Shown here: piece by piece, positions 48,777-64,000 of the stretch
How positions within the stretch are numbered: the first letter of the stretch is position 1
Layout of the letters: each line of letters opens with the position of its first letter
Assembly (NCBI RefSeq): GCF_009914755.1
Contig: NC_060940.1
Direction: 5' to 3' (one strand)
DNA length: 64,000 bases
Origin: the human T2T-CHM13v2.0 reference genome, Homo sapiens
Made by a program: the position numbers and the translations under genes
The notes under the pieces: model-generated
What the model was told of the DNA's origin: nothing
Seen by the model: only the letters and a program-made list of their open reading frames with translations
Databases searched by the model: none

Positions 48777-49163
48777 TGTATTAGTCCACTTTCACACTGC
48801 TATAAAGAACTGCCTGAGACTGGGTAATTTACAAAGAAAAGAGATTTAATAGACTCACAGTTCCGCATGGCTGGGGAGGCCTCAGGAAACTTACAATCCT
48901 GGTGGAAGGGGAAGCAGGCATGTCTTACATGGCAACAGGAAAGAAAGAGTGTGAAGGAGCTATCAAACACAAAACCATCAGTGTCATGAGAACTCACTAT
49001 CACAAGAATAGCATGGGAGAAACTGCCTCCATGATCCAATTACCTCCCACCAGGTCCGTCCCTTGACACATGGGGATTATGGGGATTACAATTCGAGATG
49101 AGATTTCAGTGGGGACACAGAGCCAAACCAATTTGGGTGGAGACACAGAGCCAAACCATATCA
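48777..49163 (-). mobile_element. THE1D-like MaLR solo LTR
   Basis: Minus strand TGATATGGTTTGGCTCTGTGTC...GACTAATACA; perfect 5-bp TSD AGCAG (48772-48776 / 49164-49168). Confidence 0.92.
48845..48850 (-). terminator. CPPED1: ATTAAA poly(A) signal of the THE1D LTR, probable distal CPPED1 PAS
   Basis: The LTR's own PAS, in the same sense as CPPED1, ~5.06 kb past the stop; agrees with my recollection of a ~5-kb 3'UTR. Confidence 0.65.
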
Positions 49164-49519
49164 AGCAGGAAGGCCACTTTCAGGGGTGAGCGTTTGAGTG
49201 GATGTTGAAATGATGACAAGAAGCCAGTTTCTAGAGAGGCACAGTGGCTCACTCATTCTAAGTGTGCTGCAAAGCCCCTTTAGTGAAGAAATCTACTTCT
49301 CAAACATAATGGTCAGAATAATGAAGGGTAACATGATTATTCACATTTAATCGACTTCATTTACATAGATAAAGCCTAAAGGAAAAATCCAATCTGTATT
49401 TATGTGCATGCACTGATGTTTAAAAATCCACTGGAGGAAAAGGAAAATTTAGTCAGCAAAATCTTTTCTAGATAAATGCTAGAAATCATTATTCCAAGAA
49501 AAGAATCCTCCACTTTTAC

Positions 49520-49523
<4 letters not shown>

Positions 49524-49562
<39 letters not shown>
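49524..49562. repeat. (TG)~19 microsatellite
   Basis: Perfect dinucleotide run. Confidence 0.97.
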
Positions 49563-49565
<3 letters not shown>

Positions 49566-49858
49566 CATTAAAAAATACATAAGAGCTCCTCCATGGCTTG
49601 AGAATATTTTATGAAGTTATAAAAATCAGTATTACCTGTCAAGTACTATGTTACATGTGCAATCAAAACTGTTGAGGTTACCTGAATAAAAAAAATCCCT
49701 GATGTCTATTACAGAAAGCTTTTAACAGAACTTGCCTTGGCAATTTACTCCTAAATCTTCTTTTTCCTCCAGCTCAATATAATATTGCTACCTAATATTG
49801 TGACTGCACAAAACCATTTTAGGTACCACTTGGGAATAAGTATTAAGAGTTCAAGTAA

Positions 49859-50147
49859 GGCTGGGTACAGTGGCCAACGCCTGTAATCCCAACACTTTGG
49901 GAGGCCAAGGTGGAAGGACTGCTTGGGGCCAGGAGTTCAAGACCAGCCTGGGTAACAGAGCAAGACCTTCAACTCCACAAATATAAAAATAAAAAATTAG
50001 ATGTGGTGACACGAGCCTATAGTCCCAGCTAATTTGGGAGGCTGAGGTGGGAAGGTTGGTTGAGCCCAAGAGTTCAAGGCTGCAGTGAGCTGTGATCACA
50101 CCACTGCACTCCAGCCTGGGTGATAGAGCAAGATTCTGTCTAAAAAA
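49859..50147 (+). mobile_element. Alu (AluJ-like)
   Basis: TSD AAG(A/G)GTTCAAGTAA. Confidence 0.93.
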
Positions 50148-50485
50148 GGGTTCAAGTAAATGCAAATGATGTTTTGGCAACCTTTTCTCAAAAGATTCTG
50201 CATTGGAATACAGACTGTAATATTAAACTACTATGTGTATATTGTTTCTACAGTTGTATACACCGTAGTGTCTTTTACAGGTATATAAGGTCAATGGCCC
50301 TAGTCTAATTCAGATTTAAACTAGTGCTTGCCTTGTAACTCTGCAAGTGATCAATAATCTCTTAATACTGAAAGTCACAAAATAGGATAAAACGTTCTGT
50401 TGCTAGTCCCATAAAGCTTACTACATTTTTTCCCCATTCTCCCCAAACTTAGGAGAAACTTGACTAAAGATGTGAGATAAAATTA

Positions 50486-50491
50486 TTTATT
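50486..50491 (-). terminator. AATAAA, candidate intermediate poly(A) signal
   Basis: TTTTTACAATAAATAATTTT on the minus strand, in U-rich context. Confidence 0.45.
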
Positions 50492-51409
50492 GTAAAAAGT
50501 AAATGATCATCTCCCCAGCCCCATTCCCAAAGTCACTTGAGCCTTTGCAATCCAATTTGAGATCACTTTAAAAAACCTTCCCCCGTAACATGTCCTTGTG
50601 TTTTTGTTTTTTCCTCCAATTAAAGTGATTAATTGGAAAGGGGAGCATTAGGTGACATTCCTTGCCTTGAGACAGCTGGTGGTTTCCTACACCCTGTGGT
50701 GGTAACTCCAGACATGGAGCAGCTAGAGCTGCGGACAGTTACTGCTGCAGACAGGGCTGTGTCCCGTGACTCATTATGGTTCAGTTCGGTTTCTAAATCT
50801 CCCCCAGTAAAAATCCTCCCCCTGGAACCATCTGCTCTTTGGACAAGCTTCTGCCCCCTGAACCTGGTGCAATCAGGGTCTGGTCTAGGCTTTGCAGAGC
50901 TGGGAGGAAATCCCTGGGCCTCCAGCTAACGCTGTCCAAGGTGCTGAATACCGTACTCAGTGTGTTGCCACTGGCTGAGCTGGTGCAACCTTTCACCTCT
51001 GAGAAACGTTTTCCAAGACAGGACAGTGTTATGGAGCATGGACTCAAGCCTTGGGCCATCTACATCCGTTCTTTCTCCACCAAGATGAGTTAGGCGACCT
51101 TGGCCACGTGACCCCCACCTTTCTGAGCCAAAGCACTTAAAACACATAATAAACATTCAAAACCATAGCACTTAGAATCAGGAAGTCCTTTTATCGTTTT
51201 TCACAGTATAAGGCACTTATTTTTTGATATCATTCTCTTTTTTTAAAGGCAAAGGAATTACAAGTGAACACACTAGTCATGGCCCATCAGAATGATAGAT
51301 GCTTATCTACAAAAACATTTCCTGACTTCTTGCTGAACCTCTTGCCTCTGGGAAATACTGCTGTTTGCTTACTTAAAAAGTGGTGAGAAATTAATATGAT
51401 TCTCTCTTC

Positions 51410-51815
51410 CCTTTTAAAAAATTAAATTTGTATAAATATAAGGCGTACAAGTGCAGTTTTGTTACACGGATATATTGCGAAGTGGTGAAGTCCAGGCTTT
51501 TCCTGCAACCAACACCAGAAAAGTGTACACTGTACCCATCAGGTACTTTCTCATCCCTTACCCTCCTCCCACCCTTCTGAGTCTCCAATGTTTGTTCCAC
51601 ACTCTATGTTCATGGGTACACTTTATGTAGCTCCCATTTATGAGTGAGAACATGAAGTATTCGACTTTCTACTTCTAAGTTATTTCACTTAAGATAACAG
51701 CCTCCAGTTCCATCCAGGTTGCTGCAAAAGACATGGTTTCATTCTTTTTAGTGGCTGAATAGTATTCCATTATGTATACATACCACATGTTCTTTATCCA
51801 ATCATCTGTTGATGT
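51410..51815 (-). mobile_element. L1MA 3' end
   Basis: GTACAAGTGCAGTTTTGTTAC..GCTCCCATTTATGAGTGAGAACATG..GGCTGAATAGTATTCCATT. Confidence 0.88.
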
Positions 51816-52088
51816 GATTCCCTTTTCTTTGCATATTCTTGGGGTACTTTTGAATCAGTTCTTTTAAGTTTTTGGGGAAGGAGATTTGGTTTCATTTTCA
51901 TTACTTTCAATTATCTCCATTATCCTTCTGCAAACCCATGTGCCACAATTCAGAGCATTGTGCATACGTAAGAACAGAGTGAGAGCTCCTTTTCATTTCC
52001 CCCTGGAGGAACCCCCATCCTGGAATCGAAGCCCTCTGTTTATGATCCAAGTGTCACCACATCTCAAGTCTCAATGTGTGTGTGTGTG

Positions 52089-52387
52089 GTTTTTTTTTTT
52101 TTTTTGAGACAGAGTCTTGCTCTGTTGCCCAGGCTGGAGTGCAGTGGCATGATCTTGGCTCACTGCAACCTCTGCCTCCTGAGTTCCAGCGATCTCCTGC
52201 CTCAGCCTCCCGAGTAGCTGGGATTACAGGTGTGCACCAGCATGCCTGGCTAATTTTTGTATTTTTAGTAGAGATGGAGTTTCACCATGTTGGCCAGGCT
52301 GTTCTCAAACTCCTGATCTCAGGTGATCTGCCCGTCTCAGCCTCCCAAAGTGCTGGGATTACAGGCGTAAGCCACTGCGCCTGGCCC
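52089..52387 (-). mobile_element. Alu (AluS-like)
   Basis: Antisense dimer; TSD-like CAATGTGTG..GTT. Confidence 0.95.
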
Positions 52388-53911
52388 AATGTGTGGTTGT
52401 TATTAGCTATGCCCTTTACCGAACTCCTTTTCTTGACCTCCTATACCTACACCTGTTGTAAAGAAACAAATACAAAACAGGATTTCAGCAAAACACTAAA
52501 AGAAGAGCGTTCTAGTTTTTTAAAAAATTTAATTTTCTTGTGGCACATAACAATGAACTCTGGTGTCACCAGCCTATTGTATAATTAACTTCTCGTCTTT
52601 TGTTCCTTATGAATTTACATATTTAATTATCTTTCCATTTAATTTCCCATGGTTTTGCTACGTTGACTAAACTCTGTAATGAGAAAGTCTTTTAATTTAA
52701 TAGACTTTGCAGGTCATGTGTAACCAGCTTTGGAAATCATTTTAGGATTACTGAGTGCTGTTTCATAATGCTGTATATTTTTCCTGCCAGGATTTGGAGT
52801 ACCTAGGTTATTTGTCCACCAGAACAATGGCTGTAAAGGAGAAAATTGAGCAGTGGTCAGAAGCTGCTGAGAAGATGCGGTAAAACAGGTTACATAAAAA
52901 ACAATGCTGGTTTGAAATAACCTATGCGCTTTTGTCAAGGGATTTTGCATTAGTGCATTTAGTCCAAGTCAGGGCCAATTCAGAGGATGTGGCTGAAGGC
53001 ACCGTTTTGGCCTTTTTTGTTTCTTTTGAGAGCTCTGCATACATTCCCACTTTTCCTGTCAAAGTGGACAAAATGAAGAGTCTCATGAGTGGAGGGGCAT
53101 TCTGATCCCAAGAGACCACCCATCTGTGGAGTGGCTACACAGCCAGAATGTGGATGTGAACCAACTCAACGTGCTCCCCAGAGACTGAAGAAGCGGCGTT
53201 TTAGAGCTTTGGTTTCAGTCTCTTGGAGGAGATTTTCAGAAATGGCCAATTTATGTGCAAAGGTGACTTTTCTAGGCACCCAGGAAGGCAAATTTAAGCT
53301 CCGAGCTGTATCAACTGCATTCTGTTCCTATCATCAGAAGTCTCAGAATTGAACAGTAAATGGTGCCTACTTGGCTCCTTGTCAAAATAAGTCTGCATGG
53401 CTCTCACAACAAGGCAGACAGCTGTTCGTTCCGCTGGAAAGGAAAGGAGATGAACTTTGTTTTGCCTAGCGTTTTGGGAATCGTGACCACAATTTAATAC
53501 AATCAGGTGTAGTTTGTTTAAGGAATTATCAAAGATCATACTTGGCTGTCAGATTGGAATTGAGGTCGATAGGCAGACTTTGACCATATGCTAACCAGAA
53601 TACAATCCAATTCAAAAGTGGAGTTGAGAAACACAGCATTAGGAGAATTTATTCAAACATCCATGCAGAGATAGTCTAATATTTTAAAAACTGATTTCCA
53701 GGATCATTCGCTCCATTTTAAAGGAAATGCAGTTCTATTTTGAATATAATTCAGGACAGGGCCCCAGCTCTCTGATTTATGCAAAAGGACATAAATTCAC
53801 AAACCTGCCTGGGCTATTTTTATATTTCAGCAAGAGGTTGTGTGCAGCTGCTGTTTCTGGCAAAATAAAAAAATAGTGCAAGTGAAAAGTGAACGGGAAC
53901 GGGAAGGAGCG

Positions 53912-54141
53912 TCATTTTTTCTTGATCAAATCCATGAGATCGTCTTCTATTCCTTTCTCACTCAGCTCATCTAGACTGTAGTATCGGTGAACAATTTTCT
54001 CGGCGGTGACCACCACGACTCGGAGCCCGTGGGGGTCTCTGCCCAGCTGGCATCCAATGGCAGATGACACCACCATGTCGAGGTTCTGGTAGGTACCCCC
54101 GGCATTCCTGTGGTAGTGGCCTGAGAACACGACTCTGACAC
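53912..54141 (-). CDS. CPPED1: Last coding exon of calcineurin-like phosphoesterase domain-containing protein 1 (Ser/Thr phosphatase)
   Basis: Acceptor CTTTTTCCCTTCTCTGCAG|GT, phase 1; (G)[15 protein letters not shown]...[12 protein letters not shown] contains metallophosphoesterase motif V (GHxH) and matches the recalled CPPED1 C-terminus. Confidence 0.97.
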
Positions 54142-54534
54142 CTGCAGAGAAGGGAAAAAGTCATTAGGGGGCCGAGGACTTCCATTAGGTAACCTGGGGT
54201 CTCCAGCATTTTATTCTGTGAACAGTAATATATTAAATATATTATTATACCATCATGTAGAATTATCATATTAAATGTATAATATTATTCTGTATATAAT
54301 CAACAAATAGAAAGCGTATGTGATGTCCAGAATCTTTGAAAGGATACTTCATATATATAATATATTATTAACATGTTTGTCATAACTTGTACAAAGACGT
54401 ACTAGGGAAGAAAATGAGAGAAGGAAGATGAAGTGAATGACTTTGAGAAAAGACAAAGGAGACTGAAGAAAACAGCCTGAGTCCTATAGAAATATCCAGA
54501 TGACAAAAGTTATGTATTTTAAAAATAACATTTA

Positions 54535-55160
<626 letters not shown>

Positions 55161-55519
55161 TAATGTTTATGGCATTCTAATTAAGGTAGCAGAGCATGTC
55201 TGACATATGATCAACCCCCTCTGCTCCAAACAGCCGTAGTGGATGAAACGTAAAACAGAAAACCCAAGGTCACAGGTAGGCTCAAAAACAAAACAAATAG
55301 CTCTACAGGCCAGACACAAAACAGAGAGGCAAAGTCATGAGTGGGAGTAAAATGTCACCGGGAGTTCAGCTCTTAGAAGATCATAGAGACTGAAAGCATT
55401 TTCAGGGGAAAATGGGGAAAATAAAGCCTGGCTCCCTGCTGGAAGAAGGGCTGTTGTGGGTGCCTCCGTTTACGGAAGGAGGCTGAAGAACGCTGCTGCT
55501 GCCTGGGGCTGGGGAAGTG

Positions 55520-55950
55520 GTAGGCTGGTAAATGTTTCACATGTTATTATTTTTTTTAAAGACCTGATTTGTCACATTTGTCAATTTCCATGGTGTAAAT
55601 ACTTCCACTGTGGCCGTGGCTGATTTCAAGTTGCCAAGGTGATGTCACTGAACCAGATGTAGAAGAGATGCCCAGTAGTGCCCATTACATATACATCAGA
55701 TCTGTTTCTACCATAGAGATACAAGAGCTGCCAACAGCCTCAAGAGCATGGATGACAGCAATATTTAGCAAAAGAATTACAAAGTGATCAGTTTTGAGTA
55801 TTTATTACCTTTGCTTTTTAATATAATCTATTTAATACTGAGTTTATATAATTATTAATAATGGCCACTTAACAACCAGCTCACAACATTCCTTAAAATG
55901 TAATGATTGGTCCTAATGAGTTAGTAGGAGCTGTCGCCAGTACACCACTA
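55520..55950. mobile_element. MER63-like hAT element
   Basis: GCTGGTAAATGTTT..CAATTTCCATGGTGTAAATACT..CCAGTACACCACT. Confidence 0.7.
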
Positions 55951-56199
55951 GGCTAAGGCTTACTGCAACCTGAGAGTCTAGGAAGGAAGGAGAGACACAG
56001 GTTCAAGTCTAGGAACTGAAATGACTTCCCCGATATTACCATGGGGCCCTAAACCACTATTATAAGGCCTGGTCCTGAATGGGGGTGGGGGTGGAGGTAA
56101 TGAAAACCACTAGAGAGAGAGAAGTTAGTCAAGAGAGAAAGAATGAGGGAAAAACAAAAAACAAAAAAAACACCCCTTACTCACATTGACCCTGAAATG

Positions 56200-58540
56200 A
56201 AAAATTCTGCTGCCCATGGAGAAATCACGTGGTAAAATAGTCTACAAACCCTTCAATTGGGAACACAAATTCACTCCAGATGAAATTAATTATTTAAGAT
56301 TGTCTGACAAATATTTCAAATCAATGTGTTTAAGATATCAAAGGGTCCTTAATAAAGGACTAACACCCATAAAAAGATGTTATGAAACAACATAGGCATA
56401 AATTGAATGAGAACAGGAGGTAATGAACATTTAGAGATGGTGGACACAAAACATCCATTAAAATTTAAAATAAAAACAACCCTCAATAAATGAGATAGGC
56501 CAGGCATGGTGGCTCATGCCTGTAATCCCTGTACTTTGAGAGGCTGAGGTGCAAGAATTGCTTGATGCCAGGAGTATAAGATCAGCCTGGGCAATGTAGC
56601 AAGACCCCATCTCTATAAAAAATAGTAAAATAAATGAGATCAATTCTAGACATCAATCAAAGAGGAAATTAGTGAACTGAGAGGTAAAACTGAGGAAATG
56701 ATCCAGAAGACAATACAGAGACCCAGACACAAGCAATAGGAACATGCTCTTGATTTGAGTTCTCTGAATTCAAAAATTCAAAGGATAGATTAAGATCAGC
56801 AGAAGTTTAGAGGAGCTGGTGGAGGAGAAAGGAGAAAATAATAGTGAGAAGAATTTGAAGAAATAACAGAAATTTTCCAGAAAGAAGGAAGACACAGGTC
56901 CTCAGATAAAAAGTACTACACAGGAAACATGACAGTTAATTCCTACTGACATATGGTGCAATAAAATTGTGGTACAGCAAAGACAAAGAGAAAAACCACA
57001 GAAAGAACCGCAGTAAAAACATTATAAAGAAATGATAATCACACAGATAGCAGGAATCTTAACAATAACAGAATCAAAGAGTAATGCCTTCTAAATGCTG
57101 ACAGCAAATAACTATGAACCTCAAATTTTATTCCTAGCTAAACTATCATTTAAGTTTGAGGGCAAAAAAAAGACATGTTTGGAACATAAAAACTAAAAGT
57201 TTACCACGTCTAAATCTTCACTGAATGAATTGCTTCAGCAAAAGAAAGGATGAAATATTAAAAAATAATGATGACCAAACGCCAATATTTTGGTAAACTG
57301 AATTAACTATTGATTTTTTTAAACCTATTTTTTAATGTTAAAAGTGAAACTAAACATCAAAAATGTCAAGATAAGGAGTTTGGTGGAAACTTAAAGCATA
57401 TATAAGTTATTGCCATGTTTGGAAGGGAGATAAAAATACGGAATAACCTGATACTTTGCAAGAAAAAAATGTATAGTTACCTTATTTCTTTAAAATGTTT
57501 GGGCATAGCAGTCAAACTAATCTTCATCAAAATTACCAACTTTTGTGCTCCCAAAACATTATAAAAAGTGAAAAGACAACCCATGGAATGGGCAAAAATA
57601 TTTGCAAATCATGTATCTAATAAGGGTCTAATACCCAGAAAACATAAAGAGCTTTTACAACTCAACCAAAAGACAACCCAATTAACAAGCGGGAAAGGAT
57701 TTTAACAGACATTTCTTCAAAGGAGATACACAAATGGCCGATAATTACATGAAAAGATGCTCAACATCATTTATCTTTAGGGAAATGCGATTAGCGACAA
57801 TGAGATAACCACTTCATAGCCACTCGGATGGCTGTGATGAAAGAGATGGAAAGCAACAAGTGTTTACAGGGATGTGGAGAAATTAGAACCTTCATACAGT
57901 GCTGGTGGGAAAGTAAAATGGTACAGTTCTTTTGGAAAACATTTTGGCAATTCCTCAAATGTTAAACACGTATTTACCATAATTGTGATATTTCACTCCT
58001 AAGTATGTATCTAGGAGAAATGAAAACATTTGCCCATGCAAAAACTTGTAGGTGAGTGTTCCTAGCAGCATTTTTCAAAAGAGCCTAAAATACGGAAGCA
58101 ACCTAAATGTCCATCAGTTGATGATGGATAAACAAAATGTGGTCTACCCATACAATGGGATGTTATTCAACCACGAAAAGGAATAAAGTGTTGATACAAG
58201 CTGCAATGTAGATGCACCTTAAAAATATTAAGCTAAGTGAGATAAGCCACTTGCAAAAGGCCCCATCTTGTATGCTTCCATTTATATAAAATGTCCAGAA
58301 TAGCTAAATCCATAGAGAAAGTAGATCAGTGGTTGCTAGGGGCTGAGGGAAGGGTGGAACGGGAGAGTGACTGCTGACAGGTGCAGGGTTTCTTTGTGGA
58401 ATGGTAAAAATGGTCTGCAATTAGATCACGGTGATACTTGCACAACCTTGTGAATATATTAAAACGACTAAATTTGATACTTCAAAAGAGTGCATTTTAT
58501 GGTATGTGAATTATAGCTCAATAAAAATGCAAAAAATTTA
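56200..58540 (+). mobile_element. Old L1 fragments ending in an L1MB-like 3' end (57520-58540)
   Basis: AAAGTGAAAAGACAACCCA..TTTATGGTATGTGAATTATAGCTCAATAAAA; Alu monomer at 56498-56625. Confidence 0.8.
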
Positions 58541-58559
58541 CAGGAAGAGGAGGAAGCTA

Positions 58560-60176
<1,617 letters not shown>

Positions 60177-60673
60177 GTATTTTTAAAAGTATACTTATCC
60201 CCTGTACCATTTTCCCCATTCATTAACATATTATATCAGAATAATACATTTGTTACAATTAATGAACCAATATTGACATATTAAGATTAATTAAAGCCCA
60301 TGATTAGATTCCCTTAGTTTTTTCCTAATGTCCTTTTTCTGTTCCAGGATCTGAATGATTTTTACTAGTTCCACACTGGGGAACAGGAAGGAAACAGAGA
60401 TTGAGAATGGTGGTAAAGAGGGGTAAGGGAAAGAAAATGAGGAGACAAGAGAGCAAGGGGAGAGAAAAAAAAAGGGCATGAAGGGAATATGCTGATAGCC
60501 TCTGCTTCTGGTGAGTGGCGTTCTGGGAGGCTGTAAAGAGAGCTCTTGGGACTATAGCTACCTGTGCTGGCAGGAACTGGAGATTCACCTGTGGGCAGGT
60601 GTGGATCAGCTCAGGTGCATAAAGTACTCAGCCTTCCCTACTTAAGACAGCCACAGGTGGAGAGAAACAGCTA

Positions 60674-61191
60674 CAGTCACGTGCAGCACATGGACATTTT
60701 GGTCAATGATGAACGCCATATATGAAGGTGGTCCCATAAGATTATAATGCTGTATTTTCACTGTACCTTCTCTATGTCTAGATACACAAATCCCTACCAT
60801 GGACGTTTTAGTCAATGATGGACGCCATATATGAAGGTGGTCCCATAAGATTATAATGCTGTATTTTCACTGTACCTTCTCTATGTCTAGATACACAAAT
60901 CCCTACCATGGACGTTTTAGTCAGTGATGGACGCCATATATGAAGGGGGTCCCGTAAGATTATAATGCTGTATTTTCACTGTACCTTCCCTAGGTCTAGA
61001 TATACAAATCCTTACCATTGTGTTATGGTTGCCTGCAGTATCCAGTACAGTACCATGCTGCATGGTTTGCAGTCTAGGAGCCATGGGCTATAGCACACAG
61101 CCTAGGTGTGCAGTAGACTACACCATCTAGGTTTGTGTAAGGACACTGTGATGTCTGCAACACTACAAAATTGTGTAACAATGCATGACTG
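60674..61191 (+). mobile_element. MER47A (TcMar-Tigger MITE) with internal 109-bp triplication
   Basis: TA|CAGTCACG..CATGACTG termini; GGTGGTCCCATAAGATTATAAT core. Confidence 0.85.
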
Positions 61192-61576
61192 CAATTCCAT
61201 TGACTTCTTATTAGAATTTGAACAGAAAGAACTCATGTTAAGGGGGCAATCTAGCAATACTGTCGCACATTTTACTGTACATTCCCTTGGCCCAAAAAAA
61301 CCATTTTGGTAGACAGTTATCCTTCAGAAATCCCCAGGGAAAAGCCCAAAGATGTATCCGGGCTGTACCTGTGGACATTAATATATGGTTCAATGTGCAT
61401 CACAGTACCGTTAGTAATGTTTATTTATGGAAGACCTGTTAAATGACATTATGCGCATTTTTTAAAAAGAGGTAATTTACATGTACTGGCACCAAAAGGT
61501 GCCAAATACCATTAATATGTATAGCACACTGCTGCAAAAACATCGTGTGATCCTGTGTAAAATAACGTATGCCTTA

Positions 61577-62082
<506 letters not shown>

Positions 62083-62777
62083 TTAGGGCAACATGAACAG
62101 GGCAGGGTGGCGTGACAGATGCAGCCACTGCCACTCCAGGGCACAAACTGTGCAGTTCTCAGGTTGCAGCTGGGACTGCTGGGTTGGGCGCCCGATGGGT
62201 CCTTGCCATAAATAGACAACTGAAAGGCTCCAATCGTACAGACTGGAGGGGCGGTGGAAATGACTGCCTCCTCTGTGGCTCTCCTGGGGTTTCACAGCCA
62301 GTCTGTAGCTCAAATGGGACCGCGTAAGATCAGCCCTGCCTGGGGGAACGCTGAACGGCTGGACAGAAAGCACTTAGCATTATTATTTCTTTGCATGCTA
62401 AATTATGTTTATGAGATTTGGCTCTTCATGCCTAACTCATAGTTGCAAACTGTACTATTCTGGAAAGAATGTCTGGCAATTTTGAAAGAAGCTTGCATTA
62501 GCCATAATTAGCTGTAAAAACTCATTTATGTTTAAGTTTCACACCATATTGAGTGGCATTAACAGAGAGGGGAGCATTTAATGGTGATTGTTCAAGTGCC
62601 CAGAGGACCTCTCAGAGCGGGTCTCCCCAGACCCGTGGACAGCTGTTCCTCTCTGTAATATGCATGTCCTCTCCATCTGCCCCTCAGGGCTCACCAATTA
62701 TTGTTAACGTCCGAAGTCACAGAAAATGTGACCAAACGAGGATTCTTAAGAGTAGCAAAGATGCTGCAAGAGGACTA

Positions 62778-63134
<357 letters not shown>

Positions 63135-63679
63135 TCAAAACCTTCTCCTTCTGGTAAAAGAGAGTCCTCCCCCAATTCCAATGAGGAACTTGGCCTTCTG
63201 AGGTCCTGCATGAAAAAAATGAAGCAATGACTATGTGATGAGTTTACAAAGAGACGGCCAGGCAGGGGACGAAAGTCTGTCTCAGAAGCAGGAAGATGTG
63301 ACTAACTCCGTCCTCCTGGGTTCTGATGCTGAGTTCAAGGCTCTGGCATGTTCCTGGCTGGCTCAAGGAGTCTGAAACGAGGAATGAGATGTTGAGCTGG
63401 AAAATGGGGGAAACACTTCTTGGGTTGGAGCCAGGTCCAGAAGAAGCCTGGTAAGTTTCCAGACGTGGGGGTTTCTGAGTCTATTTCTCAGCTCCAGGGA
63501 GGCCCGGAAGTTCTGAACCCGAAATATTTCTCCTAGTTCCACCTCCAGTAAGGGCAACCGCTCCAGGTGGAGTGAAAGGAGGCGGGGCCTGGAAGGGGGT
63601 GGCACAGTGGCGGGGCACTCTGTATCCTTCATCCTGTTTTACTGAATCCTCCCAATGCACCTCTGTCCTAGGGACTCAC

Positions 63680-63790
63680 ATCGTCTCCATTTTACAGATG
63701 AGAAAACTGAGGCCCAGAGAAATTAAGAAACAAACACAAAGCCACACAGCTAGACAACAGGGCATCCAGGATCAGAACTCAGGGTACTCA
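63680..63790 (-). mobile_element. MIR
   Basis: CCATTTTACAGATGAGAAAACTGAGGCCCAGAGA core. Confidence 0.85.
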
Positions 63791-64000
63791 GACATCAGAG
63801 CCCATTCTGCTTTGGGACCTTGGACCCATTACTGACCTCTGTGAGTTGGCATTTCCTCTTTTGTACCATGAATTAAAATGACAGCCCATATCATGGGTGG
63901 CAGAGGTCTCGCGGGGAGCATGGGTGTCAGTACCAAGCTCCTCATCGCCCCACCCAGGAGGCTTTCTCCAGGGCAGGGCCAGCTTCTCACTGCTGGAGGG

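Larger units (their letters stand above)
48825..53911 (-). other. CPPED1: CPPED1 3'UTR (long form; 3' end inferred)
   Basis: Follows the TGA; AATAAA candidates at 53648-53653 and 50486-50491, ATTAAA at 48845-48850. Confidence 0.7.

Noticed and set aside
52076-52588. 170-aa ORF and the many similar LECSG/PASAS ORFs
   Set aside because: Typical Alu-derived translations.
53967-54269. 100-aa minus-strand ORF overlapping CPPED1
   Set aside because: Alternative frame crossing the acceptor; no independent support.
60689-61018. CRISPR-like array
   Set aside because: Eukaryotic DNA; contiguous units with no unique spacers.

Overview
Primate, almost certainly human, genomic DNA: Alu-dense, with ERV1/MaLR solo LTRs, DNA-transposon fossils and old L1/L2/MIR. 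The only recognisable gene is CPPED1 (16p13) on the minus strand: last coding exon at 53912-54141, last intron to the right, and a long 3'UTR running left, probably to a THE1D solo LTR whose ATTAAA (48845-48850) would serve as the distal poly(A) signal. The most interesting structure is a head-to-tail tandem duplication (copy A ~14985-18405, copy B ~18406-22641). It carries a candidate unannotated minus-strand three-exon micro-gene: GT/AG signals are kept in all copies, exon phases are compatible, and synonymous changes are in excess between copies. In copy B, exon1-exon2(B1)-exon3 reads as 43 codons broken by a single TAG, and that exon lies in a sharply localised, strand-biased hypermutated patch. 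Repeat family names come from recalled consensus sequences, not a database search, and many repeat boundaries are approximate.
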